DNA from: Bacteroidales bacterium
GTDB taxonomy: Bacteria > Bacteroidota > Bacteroidia > Bacteroidales > PUMT01
DNA: 64,000 bases
Direction: 5' to 3'
NCBI GenBank assembly: GCA_007135095.1
Contig: SLJO01000067.1
Coordinates: 5,849-69,848, forward strand
The position numbers and the translations under genes are program-made. The notes below the pieces were generated by a model. That model was given only the letters and a program-made list of their open reading frames with translations. It had not been told where the DNA came from and did not search any database. Shown in pieces: positions 1 through 8,910 of the stretch; within the stretch, counting starts at the first letter, position 1, and each line of letters starts with the position of its first letter.

Positions 1-672
1 ATTGCCGGGACCGCAGTTGTATGCGGCAAGTACAAGAGTCCAGTCATTGTATATGCCGTACAGATCCTTAAGGTACCTGGCGGCAGCGTGGGTCGAAGCC
101 AGCGGATCGCGCCGTTCATCAACAAGGGAGTTTATCGTAAGGTTGTACATTCTGGCCGTGGGGAACATGAACTGCCATATGCCGGTAGCACCTGCACGCG
201 AGACCGCACGGGGATTCAGGGCTGATTCAACCACCGGCAGGTACCTGAGTTCAAGGGGCAGGTCATAATAATTCAGAACTTCCTCGAATATGGGGAAGTA
301 ATAATCGGTGAGTCCGAGCATGACCTCTACCTGGTTTCTGCGGTTCCTTGTATATACATTGATAAAGTTTTTAATAATGGGGTTATAGCTCATGTCAATA
401 TCTGAAATTATGTTCCCCAGCCTTTTCATGTATACCGAATCGGGAAAATCGGGAATTACAGAATCGGTAAAATCTGGCTCACCCAACTCGCCGCCATACA
501 TTAAAGCATTTTTCACGTACCAGAGATTCAGTAAACTGTCAAGGTTGCGCTCAAAGTGTGTATCTATGGTGTCTGAAGGAATATTCAGCCTTGTTGTGGA
601 GGTTGAGCCCGGCCTTGAATAAGAGGTAACCGAAAGAATTAGAACGGCAGTAATGACAAAAAGGTTCTTCAT
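1..672 (-). CDS. Lytic transglycosylase domain protein (MltD-like), N-terminal 224 codons; 3' end lies outside the window
   Basis: Not in the ORF track because it runs off the window edge. My reverse translation from ATG at 672-670 gives [19 protein letters not shown] (signal peptide), then [10 protein letters not shown], then [25 protein letters not shown], the SLT-domain catalytic Glu-Ser motif. The + strand ORF 2..268 is its antisense artefact. Confidence 0.8.
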   Translation of the reverse strand, partial: MKNLFVITAVLILSVTSYSRPGSTSTTRLNIPSDTIDTHFERNLDSLLNLWYVKNALMYGGELGEPDFTDSVIPDFPDSVYMKRLGNIISDIDMSYNPIIKNFINVYTRNRRNQVEVMLGLTDYYFPIFEEVLNYYDLPLELRYLPVVESALNPRAVSRAGATGIWQFMFPTARMYNLTINSLVDERRDPLASTHAAARYLKDLYGIYNDWTLVLAAYNCGPGN

Positions 673-950
673 ATGTTTAACGTTGTTAATTTATTTAATA
701 ATGACTGAATCGCGTTCCGTCAGATGGCGCTAAGAACTGAATTACGTTTTTCCGGAATATGCATTTTTTTCCGTATGCGCAACCTCTCCAGGTACCAAAG
801 CCTTTTGGCAGAAGTAACGGGATCGGGTAAATCAGGTTTAAATCATAAATATGATACTGAAAAACGGAACTGTCAAATGATCAGGATATTATACGAACCA
901 TGAATCATGAGGGTTTCATTCCGCTACGGGAAATTTATCTTACAAATATA

Positions 951-1562
951 TTAAAATTTTATACTCAACCGAATTCCCATTCCAATTTGTCCTCCCCTTC
1001 CTGCCATGGGCTGTTCAATTCCCTGGAATGAAGGGCCAACACTCATTCCCAGGTCATCACCAACATCAAATTCAAAAAGATGGGCATCAACCGTTGCATC
1101 TATAATAGTGAGGGCATAGAACAATGCCGTCCAGACTACTGTCCTGTCGCGCTGCCGCCTGTAATGGTCCTTGAACCTGGTAAGCACATCGTCGGTGTAG
1201 CGGAAATCGGATGCAAATTCATCAATTGTTTCAGGGTTGCCATCAAGACGGAAATCAAGCGCATTCCGGTAGCGGACAAATTCTTCATGGGTAAACATGG
1301 TATACCAGGCAAGGCCTGCAAAGCCGGCATACACTATTGGAACTTTCCAGTATTTTCGGTTATAAATCTGGCCCAGCCCCGGAAGGACAGCTGCATACAT
1401 GGCAGCCTTTCGCGGGTCGGGTGCAAATACCGCCCCTGATTCTTCCTGCAGCAAATCATCAGCAATCAGGCCTTCCTCACCGGAGCGGGCCTCCGGGACA
1501 TGGATCAGCAATAGAAATTGCAGCAGTATTAATACAGATAAACTTCGCGGTAGATTCTTCAA
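951..1562 (-). CDS. DUF5683 domain-containing membrane protein
   Basis: 203 aa with a signal-like N-terminus. The motif LPGLGQIYNRKYWKVPIVYAGFAG is typical of Bacteroidota DUF5683 proteins. It sits in the conserved position just downstream of parA-parB. Confidence 0.6.
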   Translation of the reverse strand: MKNLPRSLSVLILLQFLLLIHVPEARSGEEGLIADDLLQEESGAVFAPDPRKAAMYAAVLPGLGQIYNRKYWKVPIVYAGFAGLAWYTMFTHEEFVRYRNALDFRLDGNPETIDEFASDFRYTDDVLTRFKDHYRRQRDRTVVWTALFYALTIIDATVDAHLFEFDVGDDLGMSVGPSFQGIEQPMAGRGGQIGMGIRLSIKF

Positions 1563-1609
1563 GGCAGACTTATGTTCAAATTCTTCAGAATAACGAAGAG
1601 CCGAACTGT

Positions 1610-2494
1610 TTAAGTATTCAATTTATCCAGTAACCCGACGATTCTTTCAAGCTCCTCATTGGAAGTAAATGGTATTACTATTTTGCCCCTCCCTTTCTCA
1701 TTCCTTTTGAACTCAACGCCGGTACCGAAAAAGTCGGCAAGATGGTTGCGCAGTGACCCGTATTCACCGGGGTCCTGTTTTCCGGCAACTGCGGGTTCCT
1801 TCCCCTCAGATTTTTTTTCACTGCGATTCCTGACCAGCTCCTCAACTTTCCTGACCGACAGATCATGACTTATGATTTTATGATAGAGCTCAAGCTGCCC
1901 GGAGGGATCTTCAATACTGATAATTGACCGTGCGTGCCCCATACTGATCTGCCTGTGCTTAATGCCAAGCTGTATCTCGGCGGGCAGTTTAAGAAGCCTC
2001 ACATAGTTAGCTATGGTAGAACGCTTTTTGCCAACCCTTTCACTCAGGTTTTCCTGGGTAAGGGTGCATTCATCCATAAGGCGCTGGTAACTGATGGCAA
2101 TTTCTATGGCATCAAGGTCTTCCCTTTGAATATTCTCCACCAGCGCCATTTCCAGCAATGCCTGGTCATCGGCAGTTCTTATAAAAACGGGAATAGTTTC
2201 CATCCCTACAATACCGGCGGCCCTGAAGCGTCTCTCCCCGGCAATAAGCTGATACCGTCCATCACCCCTGTACCTGACAATCACCGGTTGAATAATGCCA
2301 AGTTCCTTTATAGAGGCCGCAAGTTCCTGGAGAGACTCTTCTTCGAACCTGGTCCGGGGCTGAAAGGGATTGGCCTCGATAAGTTTAATATCGATCTCAT
2401 CATGCCCGGCGGGTAAATTATCTCTTTTCCGTGGTTCCTCATCGGTGATCAGCGCGCTAAGGCCTCTTCCCAGGGCATTTTTCTTTGCAGCCAT
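1610..2494 (-). CDS. parB: Chromosome partitioning protein ParB (Spo0J)
   Basis: 294 aa with GRGLSALI near the N-terminus, the ParB box LIAGERRFRAA and the HTH KKRSTIANYVRLLKLP. It lies 37 nt downstream of parA. Confidence 0.95.
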   Translation of the reverse strand: MAAKKNALGRGLSALITDEEPRKRDNLPAGHDEIDIKLIEANPFQPRTRFEEESLQELAASIKELGIIQPVIVRYRGDGRYQLIAGERRFRAAGIVGMETIPVFIRTADDQALLEMALVENIQREDLDAIEIAISYQRLMDECTLTQENLSERVGKKRSTIANYVRLLKLPAEIQLGIKHRQISMGHARSIISIEDPSGQLELYHKIISHDLSVRKVEELVRNRSEKKSEGKEPAVAGKQDPGEYGSLRNHLADFFGTGVEFKRNEKGRGKIVIPFTSNEELERIVGLLDKLNT

Positions 2495-2531
2495 TATTTA
2501 CTTTATTATTAAATTCAATAAACCTATTCAC

Positions 2532-3332
2532 CTATTCAATTATTTTGTCGGCGCTGGCAATCCTGGTCTTCTCATTTCTCTGCAGTATCTCCCTTCCCAG
2601 GTTAAGGTAATTTACAGCACCGTTTGAATTTATGTCATACATCAAAACGGGTTTGCCAAAGCTTGGAGCTTCACTTAACTTAATATTTCGCTGGATAATG
2701 GTTTCGAATACCATTTGCTGAAAATGTTTCCTCACCTCATCCACAACCTGGTTGGACAGACGCAATCTTGCATCATACATGGTCAGGAGGAAACCTTCGA
2801 TCTGAAGTGTGGTGTTAAGGCGGTTCTGCACAATTTTTATCGTATTAAGCAGCTTCCCAAGGCCCTCAAGGGCAAAATACTCACACTGGACAGGGATCAG
2901 GACCGATCCGGCTGCCGTCAGGGCATTAAGAGTAATCAGCCCCAGGGAAGGGGAACAGTCGATTAGTATAAAATCATACCTGTCCTCAATTCTTGCAACC
3001 ACTTTTTTAAATATGTGCTCACGGTTGGGAAGGTTGGTCATTTCAATTTCGGCACCCACCAGGTCGATGTGAGAGGGTATCAGGTCGAGCTTTTCAACCG
3101 CGGTGTTCAGTATGATACTGTTTGGATCAACATCATCAATAAGGCATTCGTATATACTTGTTTTTATATTCCGTATGTCAAATCCAATACCCGATGTGGC
3201 GTTCGCCTGCGGATCCGCATCTATTAACAGGACTCTTTGTTCAAGAACCGCCAGGCTTGCGGCAAGATTAATCGCCGTCGTAGTTTTTCCCACGCCACCC
3301 TTTTGGTTGGCCAGTGCAATGACTTTCCCCAT
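2532..3332 (-). CDS. parA: Chromosome partitioning ATPase ParA (Soj)
   Basis: 266 aa with the deviant Walker [19 protein letters not shown], followed by parB. Confidence 0.95.
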   Translation of the reverse strand: MGKVIALANQKGGVGKTTTAINLAASLAVLEQRVLLIDADPQANATSGIGFDIRNIKTSIYECLIDDVDPNSIILNTAVEKLDLIPSHIDLVGAEIEMTNLPNREHIFKKVVARIEDRYDFILIDCSPSLGLITLNALTAAGSVLIPVQCEYFALEGLGKLLNTIKIVQNRLNTTLQIEGFLLTMYDARLRLSNQVVDEVRKHFQQMVFETIIQRNIKLSEAPSFGKPVLMYDINSNGAVNYLNLGREILQRNEKTRIASADKIIE

Positions 3333-3391
3333 TTATATTCTATTATATAAAATTCAGCACAATAATAAAGAAATTTCCTCTAAAGATAGAC

Positions 3392-3399
3392 CAAAATTA
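3392..3399 (-). promoter_or_regulatory. Candidate Bacteroidota -7 promoter box for parAB
   Basis: CAAAATTA on the + strand reads TAATTTTG on the - strand. This matches the TAnnTTTG consensus about 60 nt upstream of the parA ATG. Confidence 0.3.
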
Positions 3400-3755
3400 C
3401 ACTTAAATGGGATAACTGATCTTTTGATCAAACCTGAGTTTTTAACAACAAAATCCGGCTTTTCAACACCTTATTAACATTTGTTGCGGAAATAACTCAT
3501 TTGCAACCTGCTGTCGGTATGCCAATTTATCAGTTCCCGCAAAAATTGTTTATAAATACAGCTTGCCTACGGCAGGAAATTGGAATCTCCCCGCTGCTTT
3601 ATCCGTAAAAAGGCATTTTAAGTGTATTTGCAGATTACACAAAAAAATCATACGTTTGAAGCCTCAAAATACTGAAAGGCAAGTGCATGAATTACCGCAC
3701 GATATATTAAACTGATTTTAACTTGAATAGCATATTTTATACGAATGATTAGTTA

Positions 3756-4691
3756 ATGATGCCGGATACTGAACATGAATCTCTGGTAATTGTAAACCCG
3801 AACGCAGGCAGGCGAAAGGGAAAAAAAGACTGGGTCAGGATATCAGGCTTACTGGATCTGGCAGAGATCAGATTCAAAGCCGTCTTTACGCGGTTTCCAA
3901 GGCATGCGATCCATATTGCAGCCTCACACATTGAAAACGGACACAAAAACCTTATCGTGGTTGGCGGTGACGGGACAATGAATGAAGTTATCAACGGGAT
4001 CTTCAGGCAAAAACGATATCCCACTGCCGATATTTCTGTGGGCATGATCACTGTAGGAACAGGAAACGACTGGGGGCGCATGTTCAATATCCCAATGGGA
4101 TATTCCGAGGCAATCTCAACAATAAAAAAGAAAAACAGCTTTGTCCAGGATGCCGGGGTGGTAAAATATTTTCACGGTGAATGCCAAAACAGCCGCTATT
4201 TTGTCAACATTGCAGGAATAGGCTTTGATGCTCTTGTTGTAAGTAAAACCAACAAAAAAAAGGAAGCCGGAAAAGGCGGGACTTTTAGCTACCTGAAAAG
4301 CATACTGGTGAGCCTGATGAAATACAGGCATACAAAAACAAAAATAATAATTGACAATATTGCAATAACCAATAATGTGTTCAATATAAGCATCGGCATC
4401 TGCAGGTATAACGGAGGCGGGATGATGCAGCTTCCCGATGCCGTAGCCGATGACGGACTGTTTGACATTACCGTTATCAACGAGATAAAAAAGCATGATG
4501 TCATACTTAACCTTAAAAGGCTTTATGACGGCACGATAACCCGGCACCCTAAAGTGGATACCTACAGGGGCAAATCAGTCACCATTGATTCACATCCTGT
4601 AATTCACCTTGAAACAGACGGGGAGACACTGGGCCACAGTCCGTTCACGTTTGAGATAATTCCAAGAAGCATCAGGGTGCTTGTGGGATAG
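3756..4691 (+). CDS. Diacylglycerol-kinase-family lipid kinase (YegS/BmrU-like), paralogue 1
   Basis: 311 aa. N-terminal LVIVNPNAGRRKG and VVGGDGTMNEVINGI carry the GGDGT motif of the DAGK catalytic domain. Confidence 0.8.
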   Translation: MMPDTEHESLVIVNPNAGRRKGKKDWVRISGLLDLAEIRFKAVFTRFPRHAIHIAASHIENGHKNLIVVGGDGTMNEVINGIFRQKRYPTADISVGMITVGTGNDWGRMFNIPMGYSEAISTIKKKNSFVQDAGVVKYFHGECQNSRYFVNIAGIGFDALVVSKTNKKKEAGKGGTFSYLKSILVSLMKYRHTKTKIIIDNIAITNNVFNISIGICRYNGGGMMQLPDAVADDGLFDITVINEIKKHDVILNLKRLYDGTITRHPKVDTYRGKSVTIDSHPVIHLETDGETLGHSPFTFEIIPRSIRVLVG

Positions 4692-4759
4692 AGAGCCCTG
4701 ACTTTATCCCCTGCACCAGGACTTATTTGCGGCCAGGGGAATGCCGCGAAGGGGAGTAA

Positions 4760-5893
4760 TTACCGCGATACCAAAACAGGTTCAATCTCGAAAAGCCTTG
4801 GCCAGTTTTTCCCGGTCACAAAAAGCCGGTCATTCTCCTTATCGTATGCTATGCCGTTGAGCACATCAAGGTTGGGATGGTGATACTGCTTGTCGAGCAA
4901 CCCTGACAGGTCTATAATTCCGGTTACGCGTCCGCTTTCGGTTTCAATAATAACAATTTCATCTGAATCGAAAATGTTTGCATAGATCTTTCCGTCAATA
5001 AACTCAAGTTCGTTGAGATTTTCAACCCTCCCGTTATCATCAAAAACTTCAATGCGCCGGGTTTCAGTAAAATACTGAGGCTCGAGCACATAAATATAAT
5101 GTGACCCGTCGGTTTTGTAAAGACTGGTGCCGTCACTTGTGAGCCCCCAGCCTTCAGTCTGATAATGCACTTTGCCAAGGACCCGGAAGCTTTCCTTGTC
5201 ATAGATAAACCCTACACCTGATTTCCATGTCAGCTGGTAAAGCTTGCCATCGTGCAGGCAAAGACCCTCTCCGAAGAGTTGCCGGTCGAGGTTCAAACTT
5301 CTGATGACCTCCCCTGTTTCAATCTCCACCTTTCTCAGTGTTGACTGGCCGTACTGTCCTGTTGATTCATAAAGATACCCGCCACTGTACACAAGTCCCT
5401 GGGTAAAAGCCCGGCTATCATGGGGATAGCTGTTTACTATCCTGTAGGTATAACGATCCGGAACTATGTCTGACCCGATAACTACACCAAGCGGATATGT
5501 CTCCCCGCTTCCATCATCAAATACAACAGATATGCGTATCTGACGGTTGCCCACAGGCTGGCCCGAAGAATCCCACAACAGGGTCCCGGGTAAATTTCCG
5601 GAAAATTCTGCGTCCTTGCCGTCAACCCGGAAGGTAACCGAAGAAACGGAACGTGAATCATCATCACCGAGCGAAAAGACAACAGGGATCACCTCTCCCC
5701 TTGTAAAGGTTTCCCCGGCACGGGGCTGTAGTACTTGTCCCGAAAGCCCGGCTGGAATGTCAGTTGCAGCGGGCGACCGGGAGGAAAGGTCCGCGTCTGA
5801 ACCATTCTCAGGGGAGGATGATTCGGAGCAGCTCCCGATAAAACTGAAAAATATAAAAGTTAAAAATAGCAGATAGTGACCACGAGCATGCAT
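4760..5893 (-). CDS. Glutaminyl-peptide cyclotransferase (plant/bacterial beta-propeller type) with N-terminal extension; lipoprotein
   Basis: 377 aa with a lipobox-like FIGSC. The C-terminal ~240 aa carry YPHDSRAFTQGL, LYESTGQYGQSTLRKV and NELEFIDGKIYANI, typical of the glutamine cyclotransferase family. About 130 extra N-terminal residues look like an Ig-like beta domain. Confidence 0.8.
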   Translation of the reverse strand: MHARGHYLLFLTFIFFSFIGSCSESSSPENGSDADLSSRSPAATDIPAGLSGQVLQPRAGETFTRGEVIPVVFSLGDDDSRSVSSVTFRVDGKDAEFSGNLPGTLLWDSSGQPVGNRQIRISVVFDDGSGETYPLGVVIGSDIVPDRYTYRIVNSYPHDSRAFTQGLVYSGGYLYESTGQYGQSTLRKVEIETGEVIRSLNLDRQLFGEGLCLHDGKLYQLTWKSGVGFIYDKESFRVLGKVHYQTEGWGLTSDGTSLYKTDGSHYIYVLEPQYFTETRRIEVFDDNGRVENLNELEFIDGKIYANIFDSDEIVIIETESGRVTGIIDLSGLLDKQYHHPNLDVLNGIAYDKENDRLFVTGKNWPRLFEIEPVLVSR

Positions 5894-5960
5894 GAAGTTC
5901 TGATTTAAAATAATTATTTATGCCGGGACCAGCTGGTTACGGATAAAATGAAAAAAGGGG

Positions 5961-6386
5961 TCATTGTTTTCTGCCAAGGATTTTTTGCCATATCCCCGGT
6001 TTATCATTTGTTTTTTCATCAAAAGCATGGTTTGTTTCTGAATTCTCCCCGTTGTCAAGCATTTGCCACACTTTGCTCCACCCCGGAAACCCGCCTATGT
6101 TTCTGTCGTCGATAAAAACATGCGCATGAATCTTCCTGCTGAAATCGGGAACGAATATCTCTTCGGGATAACTGTTGTTGACGGCATAGAATTCAACCCC
6201 GTTTTCCCTGCAGAATTCAACGGCTGCCTCAAGCTCCGCCCCTGAACGGTATGTCCAGAGAATTATCTGATGTTTCTGTTTTTGCAGCTCCCTGAGCGTT
6301 TCAAATGCAAACAACATGGGTTTGCCGATATCCGGGTAGGCATCCTCCACTATGGTACCATCAAAATCTACAGCAATCTTCAACAT
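5961..6386 (-). CDS. Small HAD-superfamily-like hydrolase (hypothetical)
   Basis: 141 aa starting MLKIAVDFDGTIV, a DxDGT-type HAD motif I, with a later FIDDR that is motif IV-like. The specific function is unknown. Confidence 0.4.
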   Translation of the reverse strand: MLKIAVDFDGTIVEDAYPDIGKPMLFAFETLRELQKQKHQIILWTYRSGAELEAAVEFCRENGVEFYAVNNSYPEEIFVPDFSRKIHAHVFIDDRNIGGFPGWSKVWQMLDNGENSETNHAFDEKTNDKPGIWQKILGRKQ

Positions 6387-6410
6387 ATATCAAAAAAGTT
6401 AAAAGAAAAA

Positions 6411-7490
6411 TTATCCCTCACGGCCAAAAACATACCTTACTGAGAAAATATTAGAATATAAAGATATGGTTTGTGGGGAAATATTACTCAGTGCATAATC
6501 AAGATAAAAATTACCAAGCTGCAATCCCACCCCTGCAGAAGGGTCGGCAAGCAGCCTCTTTTTCTTTTCAAATTCCGTAACCCGCTGCACATTTCCCAGC
6601 CCGGTGCGGACAAATACCAGGTCAGCATAATTTGCCTCAAACCCGATTACAGGCTCTGCTCCGATAAATCTGCTGCTCATCACGGCAGCTGTCTTCCCTT
6701 CAAAGGAAACGGAGGCATTTAATTCCATGAGCAGTGAAATATTGTCACTTAATAAAAATGTCCTTGCCGCTCCGAGGTATAGCCTCGGCAGTGTCAGTTC
6801 AAGGCTATTCTCAGGTGGCAGGTTATATACAGAGTCTGCAACACCAATCGCAAGCTTCTCCTCATTGAACTGCCACACGTTAAATGTGCTTGTTGCATCG
6901 CGTAAAACCGCACCAAACTTCCAGTTATTGTGCATAAACCGTGCCGCAATATCAATACCAAAACCCCAGCCTGAAGCAAATTCGCCCACAACCCGCCTGA
7001 TTATTTTCAAATTCCCCCCGACATCAAGTCCTTCGACCCCGGGGGATCTGGAATAGGTTAACAGCAGGGCATAATCGGCCACGGAGAATGAACTTATGCG
7101 GCCGTAATCGAAATTCCCGTCACTGTCTATCAGCTCAATTGTATTGGGGATATCATCAACACCATATCTTAGTAATGATATGCCTATAGCACTGCTTTCG
7201 TCAAGCCGGCTCCCGAGGCCGATGTAGTCAAATTTGGCAATTCCGGCAAAATACTGTGCATGCATCAGTGCCCCCTGGTATCTTCCCTCGAGCCGCACCA
7301 GTCCGGCAGGATTCCAGTAGGCCGCCGTAACATCATCGGCGGAAGCCACATAGGCACTCCCCATGCCGATTGATCTTGCCCCCACACCAACATTCAGGAA
7401 CTCATTTGAATATTTCGCGGACTGAGAAGCGGCATTGGCTGATACCATGCTAAGCAGGGCCAGGACATACATGCGGAAGCAGGGGTACAT
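6411..7490 (-). CDS. PorV/PorQ-family outer-membrane beta-barrel protein
   Basis: 359 aa with a signal peptide. FLNVGVGARSIGMGSAYVASADDVTAAYWNPAGL resembles the conserved N-terminal motif of the PorV/PorQ family. The alternating beta-strand pattern ends in an aromatic-rich C-terminus. The start could be the internal Met 6 codons downstream. Confidence 0.6.
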   Translation of the reverse strand: MYPCFRMYVLALLSMVSANAASQSAKYSNEFLNVGVGARSIGMGSAYVASADDVTAAYWNPAGLVRLEGRYQGALMHAQYFAGIAKFDYIGLGSRLDESSAIGISLLRYGVDDIPNTIELIDSDGNFDYGRISSFSVADYALLLTYSRSPGVEGLDVGGNLKIIRRVVGEFASGWGFGIDIAARFMHNNWKFGAVLRDATSTFNVWQFNEEKLAIGVADSVYNLPPENSLELTLPRLYLGAARTFLLSDNISLLMELNASVSFEGKTAAVMSSRFIGAEPVIGFEANYADLVFVRTGLGNVQRVTEFEKKKRLLADPSAGVGLQLGNFYLDYALSNISPQTISLYSNIFSVRYVFGREG

Positions 7491-7709
7491 TTGGGGTTAA
7501 ATTAATAAAAATCCCTTATAATATGATAAATCACCGGCGATTCCATCGGGGAAATCACATCTGTGTATTCTGACAACAGACAATGTGAGATATAAACACA
7601 GACCCGGTCTGAAATCATCCTGATTTCCGTGCAAACTATCATTTTTAACTTACTTTTACAATTTTTATTGTAATAAATGCAAATGCCTTATATGGCATAA
7701 TTAAATCAG

Positions 7710-8480
7710 ATGATGACAAGGAAGATAAAATCAATCAAAATGAGCATCCCCAGCATTATTACAATGCTCAACCTGTTATCGGGCTGCGTTGCCATTCTTC
7801 TTAGCTTTCACGATATTGCCCTGGCAGGACTGATGATCCTGCTGGCAGGGGTGCTGGACTTTGTTGACGGACTGGCGGCGCGGGTTCTCGATGCATATTC
7901 CGATTTTGGTAAAGAACTGGATTCCCTTGCCGACATGGTAAGTTTCGGGGTGGCACCCTCGTTTATCCTTTTCCAGCTTCTGCACATGTCACTTATTGTG
8001 AAAAATCCCGGCTTTAGTTTTGACAGTCTTGCCGGTACTGAAATCCTGATACTTTTATGCTCTTTCCTGCCGGCCGTGTTTGCTTCACTGCGCCTTGCCA
8101 GGTTCAACCTGGAAAGCAGCAAAAAGGACTCCTTTATCGGACTTCCTTCCCCTGCAGCAGGTATATTTTTTGCTTCTGCAGGCTATATATTTTTAACAAC
8201 CGACACCAGGTGGGTTCAGGAAGCGCTGCTTAATACACCTCTCTTAATGGTCCTGAACATTGGCCTTTCCCTGCTCATGATTGCACCACTGCCAATGTTT
8301 AATATCAAGTTCAGGAACTTCAGATTTGCCGGCAACAAAATAAGATACCTCTTTGCCCTGCCTTCCCTGTTCATGGTGATCTGGTGGGGCCTGCAATCCA
8401 TCCCGGTCATTATACTTTATTATATATTACTCTCCCTTATACTGTTACTGGTCCGCGAGGCAGGTATGCGCCCTGACTAA
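7710..8480 (+). CDS. pssA: CDP-diacylglycerol--serine O-phosphatidyltransferase
   Basis: 256 aa, polytopic. DGLAARVLDAYSDFGKELDSLADMVSFG fits the CDP-alcohol phosphatidyltransferase motif DGx2ARx8Gx3Dx3D. An alternative start is at 7740. Confidence 0.85.
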   Translation: MMTRKIKSIKMSIPSIITMLNLLSGCVAILLSFHDIALAGLMILLAGVLDFVDGLAARVLDAYSDFGKELDSLADMVSFGVAPSFILFQLLHMSLIVKNPGFSFDSLAGTEILILLCSFLPAVFASLRLARFNLESSKKDSFIGLPSPAAGIFFASAGYIFLTTDTRWVQEALLNTPLLMVLNIGLSLLMIAPLPMFNIKFRNFRFAGNKIRYLFALPSLFMVIWWGLQSIPVIILYYILLSLILLLVREAGMRPD

Positions 8481-8524
8481 GCGCCGAATTGTTTATTTCC
8501 ATCGATGGGCAGTTACACAGTGCA

Positions 8525-8806
8525 TCAGTCATTCCCGCCGTTAATCCCTTCCTGGATACGGATCGACTCACTATGGACGAGCTGAAGGAAGTCGCGGGTA
8601 AACATCTCCGAAAGTCCCGCTTTTATAGCATACTCCCTTCTGGAGGAAAGAATATTGTCCCACCTCGCTGACTGAAGTACGGAAATCCCCTGTTCCCGCT
8701 TTATCCGGCCTATGCGCTCTGCGTACCTGAATCTCCTTGCAAGCAAATCTATCAGTTCTTTATCGATATGGTCAATATGATCCCGGCATTTTTCCAGTTC
8801 AGTCAT
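8525..8806 (-). CDS. Chorismate mutase (AroQ class)
   Basis: MTELEKCRDHIDHIDKELIDLLARRFRYAERIGRIKREQG is a typical AroQ helix-1 pattern. I moved the start to the internal ATG at 8806, because the 17 upstream codons of the ORF-track entry look non-coding. Confidence 0.75.
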   Translation of the reverse strand: MTELEKCRDHIDHIDKELIDLLARRFRYAERIGRIKREQGISVLQSARWDNILSSRREYAIKAGLSEMFTRDFLQLVHSESIRIQEGINGGND

Positions 8807-8859
8807 ATGTTTACTTTTTACCGGTAAAAATAGCAAGTTGTTTGCATATTCAAGCAAAA

Positions 8860-8885
8860 GGCCGCCTCAATCTTTTAAGGCGGCC
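8860..8885 (-). terminator. Rho-independent terminator after the LVIVD/DUF4114 gene
   Basis: GGCCGCCT (8860-8867) pairs with AGGCGGCC (8878-8885) across a 10-nt loop. On the minus strand it is followed by TTTTGCTTG. Confidence 0.6.
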
Positions 8886-8910
8886 CTTTCAGTTTTTGTT
8901 CCGGGGATGG

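Noticed and set aside
3333-3755. A possible oriC in the 423-bp AT-rich region upstream of parAB.
   Set aside because: I found no cluster of DnaA boxes. The best match to TTATCCACA is TTATCCGTA, with 2 mismatches and only one copy. There is no dnaA or dnaN nearby, and parAB is not reliably linked to oriC in Bacteroidota.
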